Below, piece after piece: positions 8,727 to 16,924 of a stretch of DNA of 20,000 nt (position 1 is the stretch's first letter; every line of letters starts with the position of its first letter). The DNA comes from an uncultured virus (IMG/VR IMGVR_UViG_3300042564_002211) (lineage: Duplodnaviria > Heunggongvirae > Uroviricota > Caudoviricetes), in IMG/VR virus record IMGVR_UViG_3300042564_002211; one strand, 5' to 3'. The position numbers and the translations under genes are program-made. The notes beneath the pieces are model-generated. The model did not search any database. It was not told where the DNA came from and saw nothing but the letters and a program-made list of their open reading frames with translations.

Positions 8727-8728
8727 CC

Positions 8729-8965
8729 ATGCCAACCAACACCACCGCACACGAGGACCGCGTCATTAACGACGCAGAGAGCGTCATCACCGGGAAGATC
8801 CAGTCCCTCATCGAGGTTGTCACCAGACTCGATGATGTCATCGACGAGAAGGACAAGGAGATCGAGACGCTGAAAGGGAAGGTCACAGACCTTGAAGGCG
8901 AAATCGAAGAACTGAAGTCGCAGATCTCCTCGATGAATGATGAGATCAAGAGCCACGGAGGATAA
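8729..8965 (+). CDS. Small acidic coiled-coil protein
   Basis: Heptad pattern; TAACCATG start. Confidence 0.65.
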   Translation: MPTNTTAHEDRVINDAESVITGKIQSLIEVVTRLDDVIDEKDKEIETLKGKVTDLEGEIEELKSQISSMNDEIKSHGG

Positions 8966-8967
8966 CC

Positions 8968-9417
8968 ATGGATACCCCTACAGAAACCCTGATCCAAGCG
9001 TTGCGGCATCTGTCCACTGACATCGAGTCAGAGGACGGTGTGGCCAACGCTGCGATTGCTGAGGCTGCCCAGCGTCTGGAGGAGCAGAGCGCGAAGATCA
9101 AGCGGCTGCGTGACGGCATCGCGAAGCAGAACCTCGAGATCGAGCAGACCTGCGGAAAGGTGCTCGACTACCCGTGGTTCAAGGACGACCAGAAGAACTT
9201 CCCCGGCGCGACCGAGAAGGACGGCGTGTGCGTTGGTGACCATGTGGCTGAGACCATCGCGGCCGAGTTGGCGCGGAAGTACACGGAGGCGATGGACCGC
9301 ATCAAGCGGCTGGAGGACGCTGGAGATGCGATGGATGAATGGATGTCATCCGACTGGACTGAAGATGAGAAGCAGTTCCAAGAACAATGGCGCAAAGCCA
9401 AGGAGGCCAAGCCGTGA
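8968..9417 (+). CDS. Hypothetical protein with the shared C-terminal module (RIKRLEDAGDAM...WRKAKEAKP)
   Basis: GGAGG RBS; C-terminal module repeated in neighbouring genes. Confidence 0.7.
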   Translation: MDTPTETLIQALRHLSTDIESEDGVANAAIAEAAQRLEEQSAKIKRLRDGIAKQNLEIEQTCGKVLDYPWFKDDQKNFPGATEKDGVCVGDHVAETIAAELARKYTEAMDRIKRLEDAGDAMDEWMSSDWTEDEKQFQEQWRKAKEAKP

Positions 9418-9761
9418 ATACGTTGATATTGGAAGACATCGACGAAACCAGCACCGGAGCGAAACCAAGCGTTGCTGTTGTCAGCGTAAAAACAAGCTAC
9501 TACAGCACCAAGCGAGGGTTCGCCACGACGAAGCGAATCGATTTCCTCAAACGCAAGAGCGACCGGGAGTGCGTCTACTCCATCAAAGAAGATGCATCCT
9601 TTTGCGGCACCGATGCAGTCATTGGTCGAATAATCAACCTGAATGATGTCAAGGATGGAATTTACCGAATGATCTTCATCAACGAACACCGCGACTGGGA
9701 TTCTGGACACATTGAGGACTGGGACTACAAGTTGGTTCCACATGAGGAGACCAAGCCGTGA
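9414..9761 (+). CDS. Hypothetical protein
   Basis: GTG start inside AAGGAGGCCAAGCCGTGA; ends EETKP. Confidence 0.65.
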   Translation: MNTLILEDIDETSTGAKPSVAVVSVKTSYYSTKRGFATTKRIDFLKRKSDRECVYSIKEDASFCGTDAVIGRIINLNDVKDGIYRMIFINEHRDWDSGHIEDWDYKLVPHEETKP

Positions 9762-9997
9762 GCATTGAAGAGCGAATCATAAAAGTAGTTGAAGAGCCGC
9801 TTGGTCTATGGGCGGTGCAGCGCAACAAGCGCGAACTCCGCGCAATCGCTCTCGAAGTCAACAAGCTGGAGGACCGCATCAAGCGGCTGGAGGAGGTGGG
9901 GGATGCGATGGCTGCATGGCTGTTAGACCCAAGGAACTTGGGCGGCGGGTCGTCTATGGCTTCGCAATGGCGCAAATCCAAGGAGGCCAAGCCGTGA
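9758..9997 (+). CDS. Hypothetical protein with the shared C-terminal module
   Basis: GTGA-coupled; ends RIKRLEEVGDAM...QWRKSKEAKP. Confidence 0.7.
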   Translation: MSIEERIIKVVEEPLGLWAVQRNKRELRAIALEVNKLEDRIKRLEEVGDAMAAWLLDPRNLGGGSSMASQWRKSKEAKP

Positions 9998-10200
9998 GTG
10001 ATACCGATTTCATTGCATACGAGAACCACAGATTGACCATTGCAAACGCGGAACTCCGAAAGGAGCGCGATGAACTGGAGCAGCACATCAAGCGGCTGGA
10101 GGCAGCGGGGGATGAAATGTACAGATGGATAACTGTCAAACGATTATGTTCAATCGACTGCACCGAAGCATGGGACCAAGCCAAGGAGGCCAAGCCGTGA
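9994..10200 (+). CDS. Hypothetical protein with the shared C-terminal module
   Basis: GTGA-coupled; ends HIKRLEAAGDEM...WDQAKEAKP. Confidence 0.7.
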   Translation: MSDTDFIAYENHRLTIANAELRKERDELEQHIKRLEAAGDEMYRWITVKRLCSIDCTEAWDQAKEAKP

Positions 10201-10397
10201 GACGCCTTCTGAAACGCATCAGGCAATCCTGTCGATTCAACGACGTCCAAGCTGCCGCTGTGCTCCTAATGTCTGTTTCGATGGTTATTGGGTACGCCAC
10301 AGGTTCACGAGAGTTCAACCCGTGGGTCGCGCTTGCACTGCTCTGCTTATGGCCAGCAATGGCTTTCACCAGCAACTTCCTTGACCCGCTCCCATGA
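10197..10397 (+). CDS. Small membrane protein
   Basis: GTG start after AAGGAGG; basic N-terminus and two hydrophobic segments. Confidence 0.6.
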   Translation: MRRLLKRIRQSCRFNDVQAAAVLLMSVSMVIGYATGSREFNPWVALALLCLWPAMAFTSNFLDPLP

Positions 10398-10612
10398 CCT
10401 ACGACGACCTGATCAAGGTGATGGATTTTGCGCCGTCACCACTGACCGCGAAGAAGACGCTTGCGGTCATAGATCGAGACCAGTCGCGCATCACCGGTTT
10501 CGTCCTGACTGGGAGGAACGGGGAGACCACCATCGTGAACTCCTCTGCGGTCAGGTGGCTGTCAGGGAAGGAGATGTGGGAGTTGATGCACGGGAATGGA
10601 GGTGGGGCGTGA
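10394..10612 (+). CDS. Hypothetical protein
   Basis: ATGA-coupled. Confidence 0.6.
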   Translation: MTYDDLIKVMDFAPSPLTAKKTLAVIDRDQSRITGFVLTGRNGETTIVNSSAVRWLSGKEMWELMHGNGGGA

Positions 10613-10860
10613 GGCGGTACGCCATCGAGCGGCTTCCGCACATGCCGCCGAGAAACGGACTCCTGATTCACACGCCCAAGTTTTCCGTGCTCGCTGACAC
10701 CGCCCCGCTCACGATTGTGAAGGAGCTTAATAGGCTGCTGGATAGGAACAGGGCGCTGGAGGCCGCGATCCGCACAACGCTCGACGCCAACCGGCACCTT
10801 GCCGACGGCGACGACTGCACACTGATTCAACTCAAGAAGGCGCTACCCGAGTGGGTTTAA
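10609..10860 (+). CDS. Hypothetical protein
   Basis: GGAGG RBS and GTGA overlap. Confidence 0.6.
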   Translation: MRRYAIERLPHMPPRNGLLIHTPKFSVLADTAPLTIVKELNRLLDRNRALEAAIRTTLDANRHLADGDDCTLIQLKKALPEWV

Positions 10861-10879
10861 CCAAGAAGGAGGACATCGA

Positions 10880-11422
10880 TTGAGCTACCATCAGTCAGGG
10901 CAACTGCCGCACCACCAATACTGCTACGTTGACGCAGCAGCTATCAGCAGCGGTGAAGGGTTCATGCCATGCGTCTGGTTCGGACTTGTCTCGATACCGG
11001 GCCGAATGTGGGGCTGCACGGTCATGCTGGAATGCGGGGCGGTCTACAGATCGATCCCGCCGCACCTGATGGCCTTCAACGAGAAGCCAGATGCGATCTG
11101 GACCCCGCAGCAAGCTCAGCGATGGGACTGCTACGGCAGAGAGTTCTCCACCATCGAGTACACCTACCTGCGCGGGGTCGAGTGCTCAGCGAAATGCGAC
11201 GACCAGAAGCTGGACGGAGAGTACATCTTCACGGCAGCACCCATCGACGACGGGTTTTCGCGGCACCCATCACAGGCCAAGGAGTTCATGTTCATCAAGC
11301 TCTACAACGGGAGGTTGACGATCCAGCCGACCGACAAGGTGCTCTTCATGGAGAAGTCGTTTGTGGAGCCCCAGTGGCCTACGGGGCTCAAACTCTCGAA
11401 CGAAGTGTGGTCTTGCGAGTGA
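10880..11422 (+). CDS. Hypothetical phage protein
   Basis: AAGGAGG RBS with TTG start; 180 aa with typical codon usage. Confidence 0.65.
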   Translation: MSYHQSGQLPHHQYCYVDAAAISSGEGFMPCVWFGLVSIPGRMWGCTVMLECGAVYRSIPPHLMAFNEKPDAIWTPQQAQRWDCYGREFSTIEYTYLRGVECSAKCDDQKLDGEYIFTAAPIDDGFSRHPSQAKEFMFIKLYNGRLTIQPTDKVLFMEKSFVEPQWPTGLKLSNEVWSCE

Positions 11423-11442
11423 CTCCTTGAGATTCTAGGTCC

Positions 11443-11595
11443 ATGGATTTCATCAAGAAAATCGTCCTTGAGCTCTGGTGCATGGCCTACGGCGTCGGCC
11501 TCTTCATCCTCGCGACGTGGCCGATCGCCCTCTCGCTGGGTGTATGCGTCCTGTTCGTTGCGATTCCCCGAAAAAAACGCAATCGGGCATCTTGA
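11443..11595 (+). CDS. 50-aa membrane peptide (absent from the ORF track)
   Basis: MDFIKKIVLELWCMAYGVGLFILATWPIALSLGVCVLFVAIPRKKRNRAS*: hydrophobic core with a basic tail; fills the gap. Confidence 0.55.
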   Translation: MDFIKKIVLELWCMAYGVGLFILATWPIALSLGVCVLFVAIPRKKRNRAS

Positions 11596-11620
11596 CTCGG
11601 GATATTAGGTGTATTACACC
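11592..11620 (+). promoter_or_regulatory. Promoter with a perfect operator upstream of thyX
   Basis: TTGACT (11592-11597), 10 nt, GGTGTATTACACC (11608-11620); ATG at 11633. Confidence 0.65.
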
Positions 11621-11632
11621 TGTTCCCGCTAC

Positions 11633-12379
11633 ATGAAAGTTTCCTCCGTATCCGTCACAAAGTCGATCGTCACCGACAACGGTCGCGAGCTCACCCCAGA
11701 CGAGCTCATCGTCTACGAGGCTCGGGTCTCGAACCCGAATAACCAGCACAACCACGATACCGGGCCGAAGCTGCTGCACTTTTGCATGCGCGAGGGCCAC
11801 TGGTCGGTGTTCGAGCAGGCCGATCTGACCGTCGAGATCGAGACCAGCATCTCCATCTCGATGCAGATCCTGCGCCACTGGAGCGCACGGTTCCAGCAGT
11901 TCAGTCAGCGGTACGCCGACGTGCGTAAGCTGGAGACCATCATCGAGCCGATTCGGCTGCGTATGAAGGCGGCTGGCGGCAACCGGCAGGGCAGCGGTGA
12001 GGAGTTGGCCGAAGACCATCCGATGCAGGTAGTCTACCGGAACGCGGTACACAGAGCGGTCGGCGTCTACACCGCACTCATCGATGGCGGTGTCGCGCCG
12101 GAGAGCGCCCGCTTCGTCCTGCCGCTGGCCACCAAGACTCGGATGTTCATGAAGGGTAGCGCGAGGACGTGGATTCACTACCTCGACCAGCGCACGTCGC
12201 CGCACGCCCAGAAGGAGCACCGTGAGGTGGCCGAGGCGATCCGCGCTGAGTTCGCCAAGCATTTCCCGACGGTCCACGAGGCGATGGGCCTGCGGGTGAG
12301 CGAGGTCCAGTCGCTCAAGAACGAGATCGAACGCCTGAAGCTGGAACTGAACAACATGAAGAAAGAGAACGTATGCTGA
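11633..12379 (+). CDS. thyX: Flavin-dependent thymidylate synthase ThyX
   Basis: ARVS, GHWSVFEQ, QILRHWSARFQQFSQRY (RHx8SxR signature), ESARFVLP, HAQKEHR. Confidence 0.93.
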   Translation: MKVSSVSVTKSIVTDNGRELTPDELIVYEARVSNPNNQHNHDTGPKLLHFCMREGHWSVFEQADLTVEIETSISISMQILRHWSARFQQFSQRYADVRKLETIIEPIRLRMKAAGGNRQGSGEELAEDHPMQVVYRNAVHRAVGVYTALIDGGVAPESARFVLPLATKTRMFMKGSARTWIHYLDQRTSPHAQKEHREVAEAIRAEFAKHFPTVHEAMGLRVSEVQSLKNEIERLKLELNNMKKENVC

Positions 12380-12615
12380 ACTTCGGACAAGCATTGGAAT
12401 GGCTCAAGAAGGGCAAGGCCATCTACCGCTCAGGGTGGAACGGCAAGGGCATGTGGCTGCAGCTGCAGACGCCCGATGCCAACAGCAAGATGACGCTGCC
12501 CTACATCTACATCGAGTACCCCAAGGGCCACCCGGCCTACCCCAACGGATCGCGTGTGCCGTGGCTGGCCCCGCAGACCGACATCCTCGCCAACGATTGG
12601 GCCTATAACGCCTGA
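12373..12615 (+). CDS. DUF2829 protein; Tad2-like (Thoeris anti-defence 2) nucleotide-signal sponge candidate
   Basis: LNFGQALEWLKKGKAIYRSGWNGKGMWL...PYIYI...VPWLAPQTDILANDW matches the DUF2829 signature. Confidence 0.8.
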   Translation: MLNFGQALEWLKKGKAIYRSGWNGKGMWLQLQTPDANSKMTLPYIYIEYPKGHPAYPNGSRVPWLAPQTDILANDWAYNA

Positions 12616-12619
12616 CACC

Positions 12620-12647
12620 ATGATCCCGAAATTCGTTTCGGGATCAT
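12620..12647. other. Perfect 12-bp hairpin with a UUCG loop between the DUF2829 and DHH genes
   Basis: ATGATCCCGAAA-TTCG-TTTCGGGATCAT; no strong U-tract follows. Confidence 0.65.
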
Positions 12648-12660
12648 CCCCTTTCGCACC

Positions 12661-13641
12661 ATGAAATTCGCAATCGTCTATCATTCAGAGGACTTCGATG
12701 GAAAGCTCTCCAACGAGGTCTGCCGCTACTGGCTGAACCGCCTGCATCCCAACGCCAACATCCACTCCTACGGGTGGGACTATGGACGGCCTGTTCCGAC
12801 TCCATTGCACAAGTGGTGGGATCCGAATGCGGGTGATCAATTCTCGAACGAATGGTCGCTGTACGACGCCATCTACATCGTGGACCTGTCGGTGGACGAG
12901 TTGATGGCTCGCACCGATCTCGACGAGAAGATCATCTGGATCGACCACCACAAGAGCGCCATTGAGAAGTGGGACAATCCGTTGGTGGAGCGGCTAGTGA
13001 TCATGGGCTACCGCATCGACGGCGTGGCCGCATGCCGACTGTGCTGGCAGTGGTTCGTCAATTCGGCTGGCTATCTTGGTGTGCTGCCTTCCAAGCAGGA
13101 CTTCATCGACCGCAATGTGCAGGAGCCCGCCTTGATCCGCCTTGCCGGAGAGTACGACATCTGGGACCACCGAAACCCGAATGGGAAGTTTCTACAGTTT
13201 GGTCTTCGATCGATTGATGATGCTGAGTTTCGAGAGCTTTTAATGGCTCAGTTTTTGGGCTTAGACGACCATCATTTGGCAGCCGTGATCGAAACAGGTG
13301 TGTCCATCAAGTCCTACTGCGACAAAATGGCTGACGAGTACAGCGCGGCATACGCGCACACCATCAAGTGGGAGGGTCTGACCTTCTGCGCCCTGAACAT
13401 CGGGCAGCGCGGCAACAGCGACCTGCTCAAGGGCGGCATCAAGCCGGAGCACGATGCCTGCTTCGCGTGGCGCTTCGACGGGAAGCAGGTGCTGGTGAGC
13501 CTCTACCACATAGAGGGGAAGACGCACCACGACCTGTCGCTGATCGCCGTGAAGTACGGTGGCGGTGGTCACAAGGGGGCGTGCGGGTTCCGTGTTCCGC
13601 TGGTTCAGCTGAACAACATCTTGGCAGGAGGTGCCGTGTGA
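12661..13641 (+). CDS. DHH/DHHA1-family phosphoesterase
   Basis: YHSEDFDG, IVDLS, WIDHHKSA, and C-terminal YGGGGHKGACGF. Confidence 0.9.
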   Translation: MKFAIVYHSEDFDGKLSNEVCRYWLNRLHPNANIHSYGWDYGRPVPTPLHKWWDPNAGDQFSNEWSLYDAIYIVDLSVDELMARTDLDEKIIWIDHHKSAIEKWDNPLVERLVIMGYRIDGVAACRLCWQWFVNSAGYLGVLPSKQDFIDRNVQEPALIRLAGEYDIWDHRNPNGKFLQFGLRSIDDAEFRELLMAQFLGLDDHHLAAVIETGVSIKSYCDKMADEYSAAYAHTIKWEGLTFCALNIGQRGNSDLLKGGIKPEHDACFAWRFDGKQVLVSLYHIEGKTHHDLSLIAVKYGGGGHKGACGFRVPLVQLNNILAGGAV

Positions 13642-13958
13642 GCGAACTGACCACAGACAAGCTGACCGCACTCCTTCACCAGAAGGCGGACGCTGAGCTC
13701 AACCAGAAGCTGAGCTATCTCGACAAGTGCTGGGAGAAAGACGATGCATTCAAGGTCTACACCAAGTCGGAGCACACGAACGGTGGGGGCGTCACGATTC
13801 GCAATGATACGTGGATTCCGGGTCTGATGATCACCGTTCGCAAGGCGGTCTTCGAGACGATGCGCGACAAGAACCGGGAGCGGTACGTCGCGGAGTGGCT
13901 GTACAAGGTAAACCAGACGCTCGACGCGGTGAACAACCTGCATGGAGGTGAGCAGTGA
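13638..13958 (+). CDS. Hypothetical protein
   Basis: GGAGG RBS and GTGA overlap. Confidence 0.6.
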   Translation: MSELTTDKLTALLHQKADAELNQKLSYLDKCWEKDDAFKVYTKSEHTNGGGVTIRNDTWIPGLMITVRKAVFETMRDKNRERYVAEWLYKVNQTLDAVNNLHGGEQ

Positions 13959-14221
13959 GCGAGACGCCTCCATCAATCAAGGACATGAGCGACAAGGCCA
14001 GCATGCTCCTGACTGGACGGCAGTACGCGGCGATCCACCTCTGCGTGCCGGACAGCGGGGACCAGTGGCTGGATGACATGATCAAGAAGGCGCTCCGAGA
14101 TAGGTTTGCGTCCGCTGCACTGCAGGGGTCGCTGTCACATCCGGCATCGCACGGAACCTTATCACAAGAAGCTGAAAGTGCTTACGCATTTGCCGAAGAG
14201 ATGATGAGGAGGGGAGCGTGA
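13955..14221 (+). CDS. Hypothetical phage protein
   Basis: GGAGG RBS and GTGA overlap. LRDRFASAALQG...AESAYAFAEEMMRR resembles a common small phage protein motif. Confidence 0.65.
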   Translation: MSETPPSIKDMSDKASMLLTGRQYAAIHLCVPDSGDQWLDDMIKKALRDRFASAALQGSLSHPASHGTLSQEAESAYAFAEEMMRRGA

Positions 14222-14385
14222 ACGTCTTCGACAGCAAGCGAGTCAGCAAGGCCGTGCAGAGCGGCATCAACAGCAGCCCAATGACCAGACGCGATGCGGG
14301 TGAAGCCCACCGAGCCGCCAAGGCCTACAAGCTCAAGAACGACATCACCATCTACAACCGCAGACACAGAAAGAAGACCGTATGA
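14218..14385 (+). CDS. 55-aa basic hypothetical protein (absent from the ORF track)
   Basis: GTGA and ATGA overlaps at both ends; MNVFDSKRVSKAVQSG...RRHRKKTV*. Confidence 0.55.
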   Translation: MNVFDSKRVSKAVQSGINSSPMTRRDAGEAHRAAKAYKLKNDITIYNRRHRKKTV

Positions 14386-15920
14386 CAAGACGACAAGCCA
14401 ACCTGATCAGCTACATGATCCGCAGCCAAACCATATCATCGTTCCACGACGCCCGCCGAGAACTACTGGAAAGCTGCGAGGAGCAGAAGTCCGACGCCGC
14501 AGCGCCACAGCCGAGCGTGACTGTGACGGCAACCGCGAGCCAATCCGAGCCGGTGCAGCCCAGCACTCCGCAGCCAACTGGCTTCGACTACAAGAAGTCA
14601 CTGCTGGAAGGTGAGAAAAGCACCACGCTCAGTATGTACATGGGTGCAGTTGAGAATGCGAATAAGCTGCAGGCCGAGGTCAAGTCTCTCAAGGAGGTGA
14701 TCGGCTCTCAGGACGGGAAGATCGCCTCGCTGAAGGAGTCTGTTGAAAACAGAACCAAGACGATCGAGATGCTGAAAAACCAGATCGAGTTGCTGACGAA
14801 GCGGATCAAGGACGACAGAGAGCACTGGGATGGATGCCGCGAGCACAACAACGAACTGGTGGCGGCGAACGCCGAGATCTACCAGTCGCTGAGGCACTGG
14901 GGGCTTGAGCAGTCGGAACCATGCAGCCTCGTCAACAACGTCAAGCATGTCATCCAGCTGTGCGCCGAGCGCGGGAAGAAGATCGAGGAACTCAACGGCA
15001 ACGTGAAGGCGCTCCAGTTTAACATCAACGTGATCAATGAGTCGAACATCAGTGATCAGGGGGACCTGAGGAAGCGCATCGCCGAACTGGAAAAACACGC
15101 CGCATCGCGTCAGGTGATCATCGACCAGCTGAATGCGGACCTCGCCTCAGCGAACACCGATATCGGGAATCAGGACAGGGAGCTCGCGGACCATGACGCG
15201 AAGTACCAGCGCCTGCAGCAGGTGTGCGACGATCTCCGACGCCGACGTGCGGAGGGCAGCGAGGAATCGCAGAAGCTGCTCAAGAAGATCGCGGATCTGG
15301 AGAAGGTCATCGACGTGCTGTCGAAGCAGCAGCCAAGCGGCGATCGTGGCACCCTGCGTGCAATCATCTCCCAACTGAAGAGCGAGAACGAGCTGCTGTG
15401 CGAGCGGATCAAGCACAGGCTCAACGAGAGCAAGACGCTGAGCGCCTCTATCCACAAGAGCCGCGAGCGGATCGAGGAACTGATGGAGACGGTCAACGGA
15501 CACGCCGACGTAGTCGCGGAGAAGAACAGGTCCATCGAGTCTCTGAACGCGGATTGTTCAAGGTTGGCACTGGAAATTAAACAGAAGGACAAGGTCATCT
15601 CGGCGCTGAACGACCGCATCACGCTGAGCGGCGAGGCGATGACGATGTTGGGTGTGGACAACAAGAAGCTGAACGAGGCTCTGGAGACTCTGTCATCGGT
15701 TAACCAGAAGATAGCCGACAACGTCGCCAAGCTGCGGTACGAGAAGGATTCCGACGAGGCCGGCTACATCAAGAAGCTCACGGACAAGTCCCTCAGGATC
15801 GCTGTGCTGAAGAAGGCTGGAAACGACCTCTGCGCATGCCTCAAGCGTTACCACTACAGCGACACCCAGCAGCCCCACGTTGTGAGCGCCCTGCGCAACT
15901 GGGAGAAGGAGGCCCGGTGA
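14382..15920 (+). CDS. Long coiled-coil protein
   Basis: About 430 aa of heptad-rich sequence after a P/S/T/Q linker; no Walker motifs seen. Confidence 0.75.
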   Translation: MTRRQANLISYMIRSQTISSFHDARRELLESCEEQKSDAAAPQPSVTVTATASQSEPVQPSTPQPTGFDYKKSLLEGEKSTTLSMYMGAVENANKLQAEVKSLKEVIGSQDGKIASLKESVENRTKTIEMLKNQIELLTKRIKDDREHWDGCREHNNELVAANAEIYQSLRHWGLEQSEPCSLVNNVKHVIQLCAERGKKIEELNGNVKALQFNINVINESNISDQGDLRKRIAELEKHAASRQVIIDQLNADLASANTDIGNQDRELADHDAKYQRLQQVCDDLRRRRAEGSEESQKLLKKIADLEKVIDVLSKQQPSGDRGTLRAIISQLKSENELLCERIKHRLNESKTLSASIHKSRERIEELMETVNGHADVVAEKNRSIESLNADCSRLALEIKQKDKVISALNDRITLSGEAMTMLGVDNKKLNEALETLSSVNQKIADNVAKLRYEKDSDEAGYIKKLTDKSLRIAVLKKAGNDLCACLKRYHYSDTQQPHVVSALRNWEKEAR

Positions 15921-16192
15921 AAGAGACAATCACCATGAGCGACGCCCAGCCAGCCGAGTACAGCATCATGGACCTGGTCAGGGACTACCGCGCCCACCGG
16001 GACAGCCTCAAACGCTACAAGCAGCAGCACTTCAAGAGCGGCACCAAGGTCCAGGTGGACAACACACGCCACCGCGGCTACGGCGAATGCCTGCCACCAG
16101 ATGCCTCGCGCCCAGACCGGGTGGAGGTGCTGATGGAAAGCGGAGCAAGGTGGATGTTCGAGTTCGACCACGTTAAGCTCGTCGTGCAATGA
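15917..16192 (+). CDS. Hypothetical protein
   Basis: AAGGAGG RBS and GTGA overlap. Confidence 0.6.
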   Translation: MKETITMSDAQPAEYSIMDLVRDYRAHRDSLKRYKQQHFKSGTKVQVDNTRHRGYGECLPPDASRPDRVEVLMESGARWMFEFDHVKLVVQ

Positions 16193-16719
16193 ATACCGGA
16201 GCGAGAGTCAAACTGTCATGGTACGAGGCTGCCATAGGCTCGTACGTGGGAATGCTACGCCAGCTTGCATCGCTCAAACGAGGACTCCAGCAATGCGCCG
16301 GCCATGAGGGCGCATCCTGGAACGTCCATCTGGAGGGGGCCAGTGGCGAGATGGCCGTGGCCAAACACCTGAACGTCTACTGGGGAGGGGGAATCAACAC
16401 CTTCAAGGACGACGACCTCCCGGGCCTCCAGATCAGGCTCAGAACCAGACACGACCACGACCTGATCCTCCGAAGACAGGACTCGGAGAAGGCCATCTGG
16501 GTTCTCATCACCGGCACCTCCCCGGACTTCTGGATCAGAGGCTGGATCTACGGCCACGAGGCCAAGACACCGGAACGCCTCCAGAAGTACGGCAAGGACC
16601 GCTCAGAGGGCTACGTGATACCCGCAGAAGCCCTTCACCCTATCGAAACCCTCCCCGGCTACCAGAAGAGCCAGAAGGCGGCCTCCTGCGATAGCCCTGA
16701 GCCCACAGATGCCGGGTAA
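16189..16719 (+). CDS. Hypothetical phage protein, possibly with a degenerate restriction-endonuclease-like fold
   Basis: ATGA overlap; GASGEMAVAKHL...DDDLPGLQIRLRT...FWIRGWI pattern. Confidence 0.55.
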   Translation: MNTGARVKLSWYEAAIGSYVGMLRQLASLKRGLQQCAGHEGASWNVHLEGASGEMAVAKHLNVYWGGGINTFKDDDLPGLQIRLRTRHDHDLILRRQDSEKAIWVLITGTSPDFWIRGWIYGHEAKTPERLQKYGKDRSEGYVIPAEALHPIETLPGYQKSQKAASCDSPEPTDAG

Positions 16720-16924
16720 GATAGTTCGCTGCCCGGATCACCTCCTTCTCCCTCCAGGAGGGCCTCATCAGATGCAGTAGCTCGTGAATCAGCGTATCGA
16801 GCCTCTCGCTCTCGCACTGCTTGTCATGGATCTCGATCAGCCTCAGATCATCGTACGAGATCCCCCAGGCCTTATCCTTGCTGAGATCCTTCTCCACCAC
16901 CTTCACTCTCACAGGATAGGGCAT
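16640..16924 (-). CDS. Small HExxH (zincin-like) protein
   Basis: LDTLIHELLHL preceded by AWG...LIEIH. Alternative start at 16939. It is the only credible minus-strand gene here. Confidence 0.6.
   Translation of the reverse strand: MPYPVRVKVVEKDLSKDKAWGISYDDLRLIEIHDKQCESERLDTLIHELLHLMRPSWREKEVIRAANYLTRHLWAQGYRRRPPSGSSGSRGGFR

Larger units (their letters stand above)
9294..10200 (+). repeat. Dispersed direct repeats at gene 3' ends
   Basis: GGACCGCATCAAGCGGCTGGAGGA at 9294 and 9871, with a 17-nt core at 10086. CAATGGCGCAAA(G/T)CCAAGGAGGCCAAGCCGTGA at 9385 and 9965, partial at 10178 and 9744. Confidence 0.9.

Noticed and set aside
9294..10200. CRISPR array or diversity-generating retroelement explanation for the repeats
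   Set aside because: The repeats are in-frame coding sequence spaced 200-580 nt apart. No cas or reverse transcriptase gene is present in the window, and the differences are not adenine-specific.
12620..12655. Intrinsic terminator call for the UUCG hairpin
   Set aside because: It is followed by CCCCTTT rather than a U-tract and the next ATG is 13 nt away. A stabilising or processing hairpin is more likely.
14382..15920. SMC/Rad50 ATPase or tape measure protein
   Set aside because: No Walker A/B or signature motif, and no tail-gene context.
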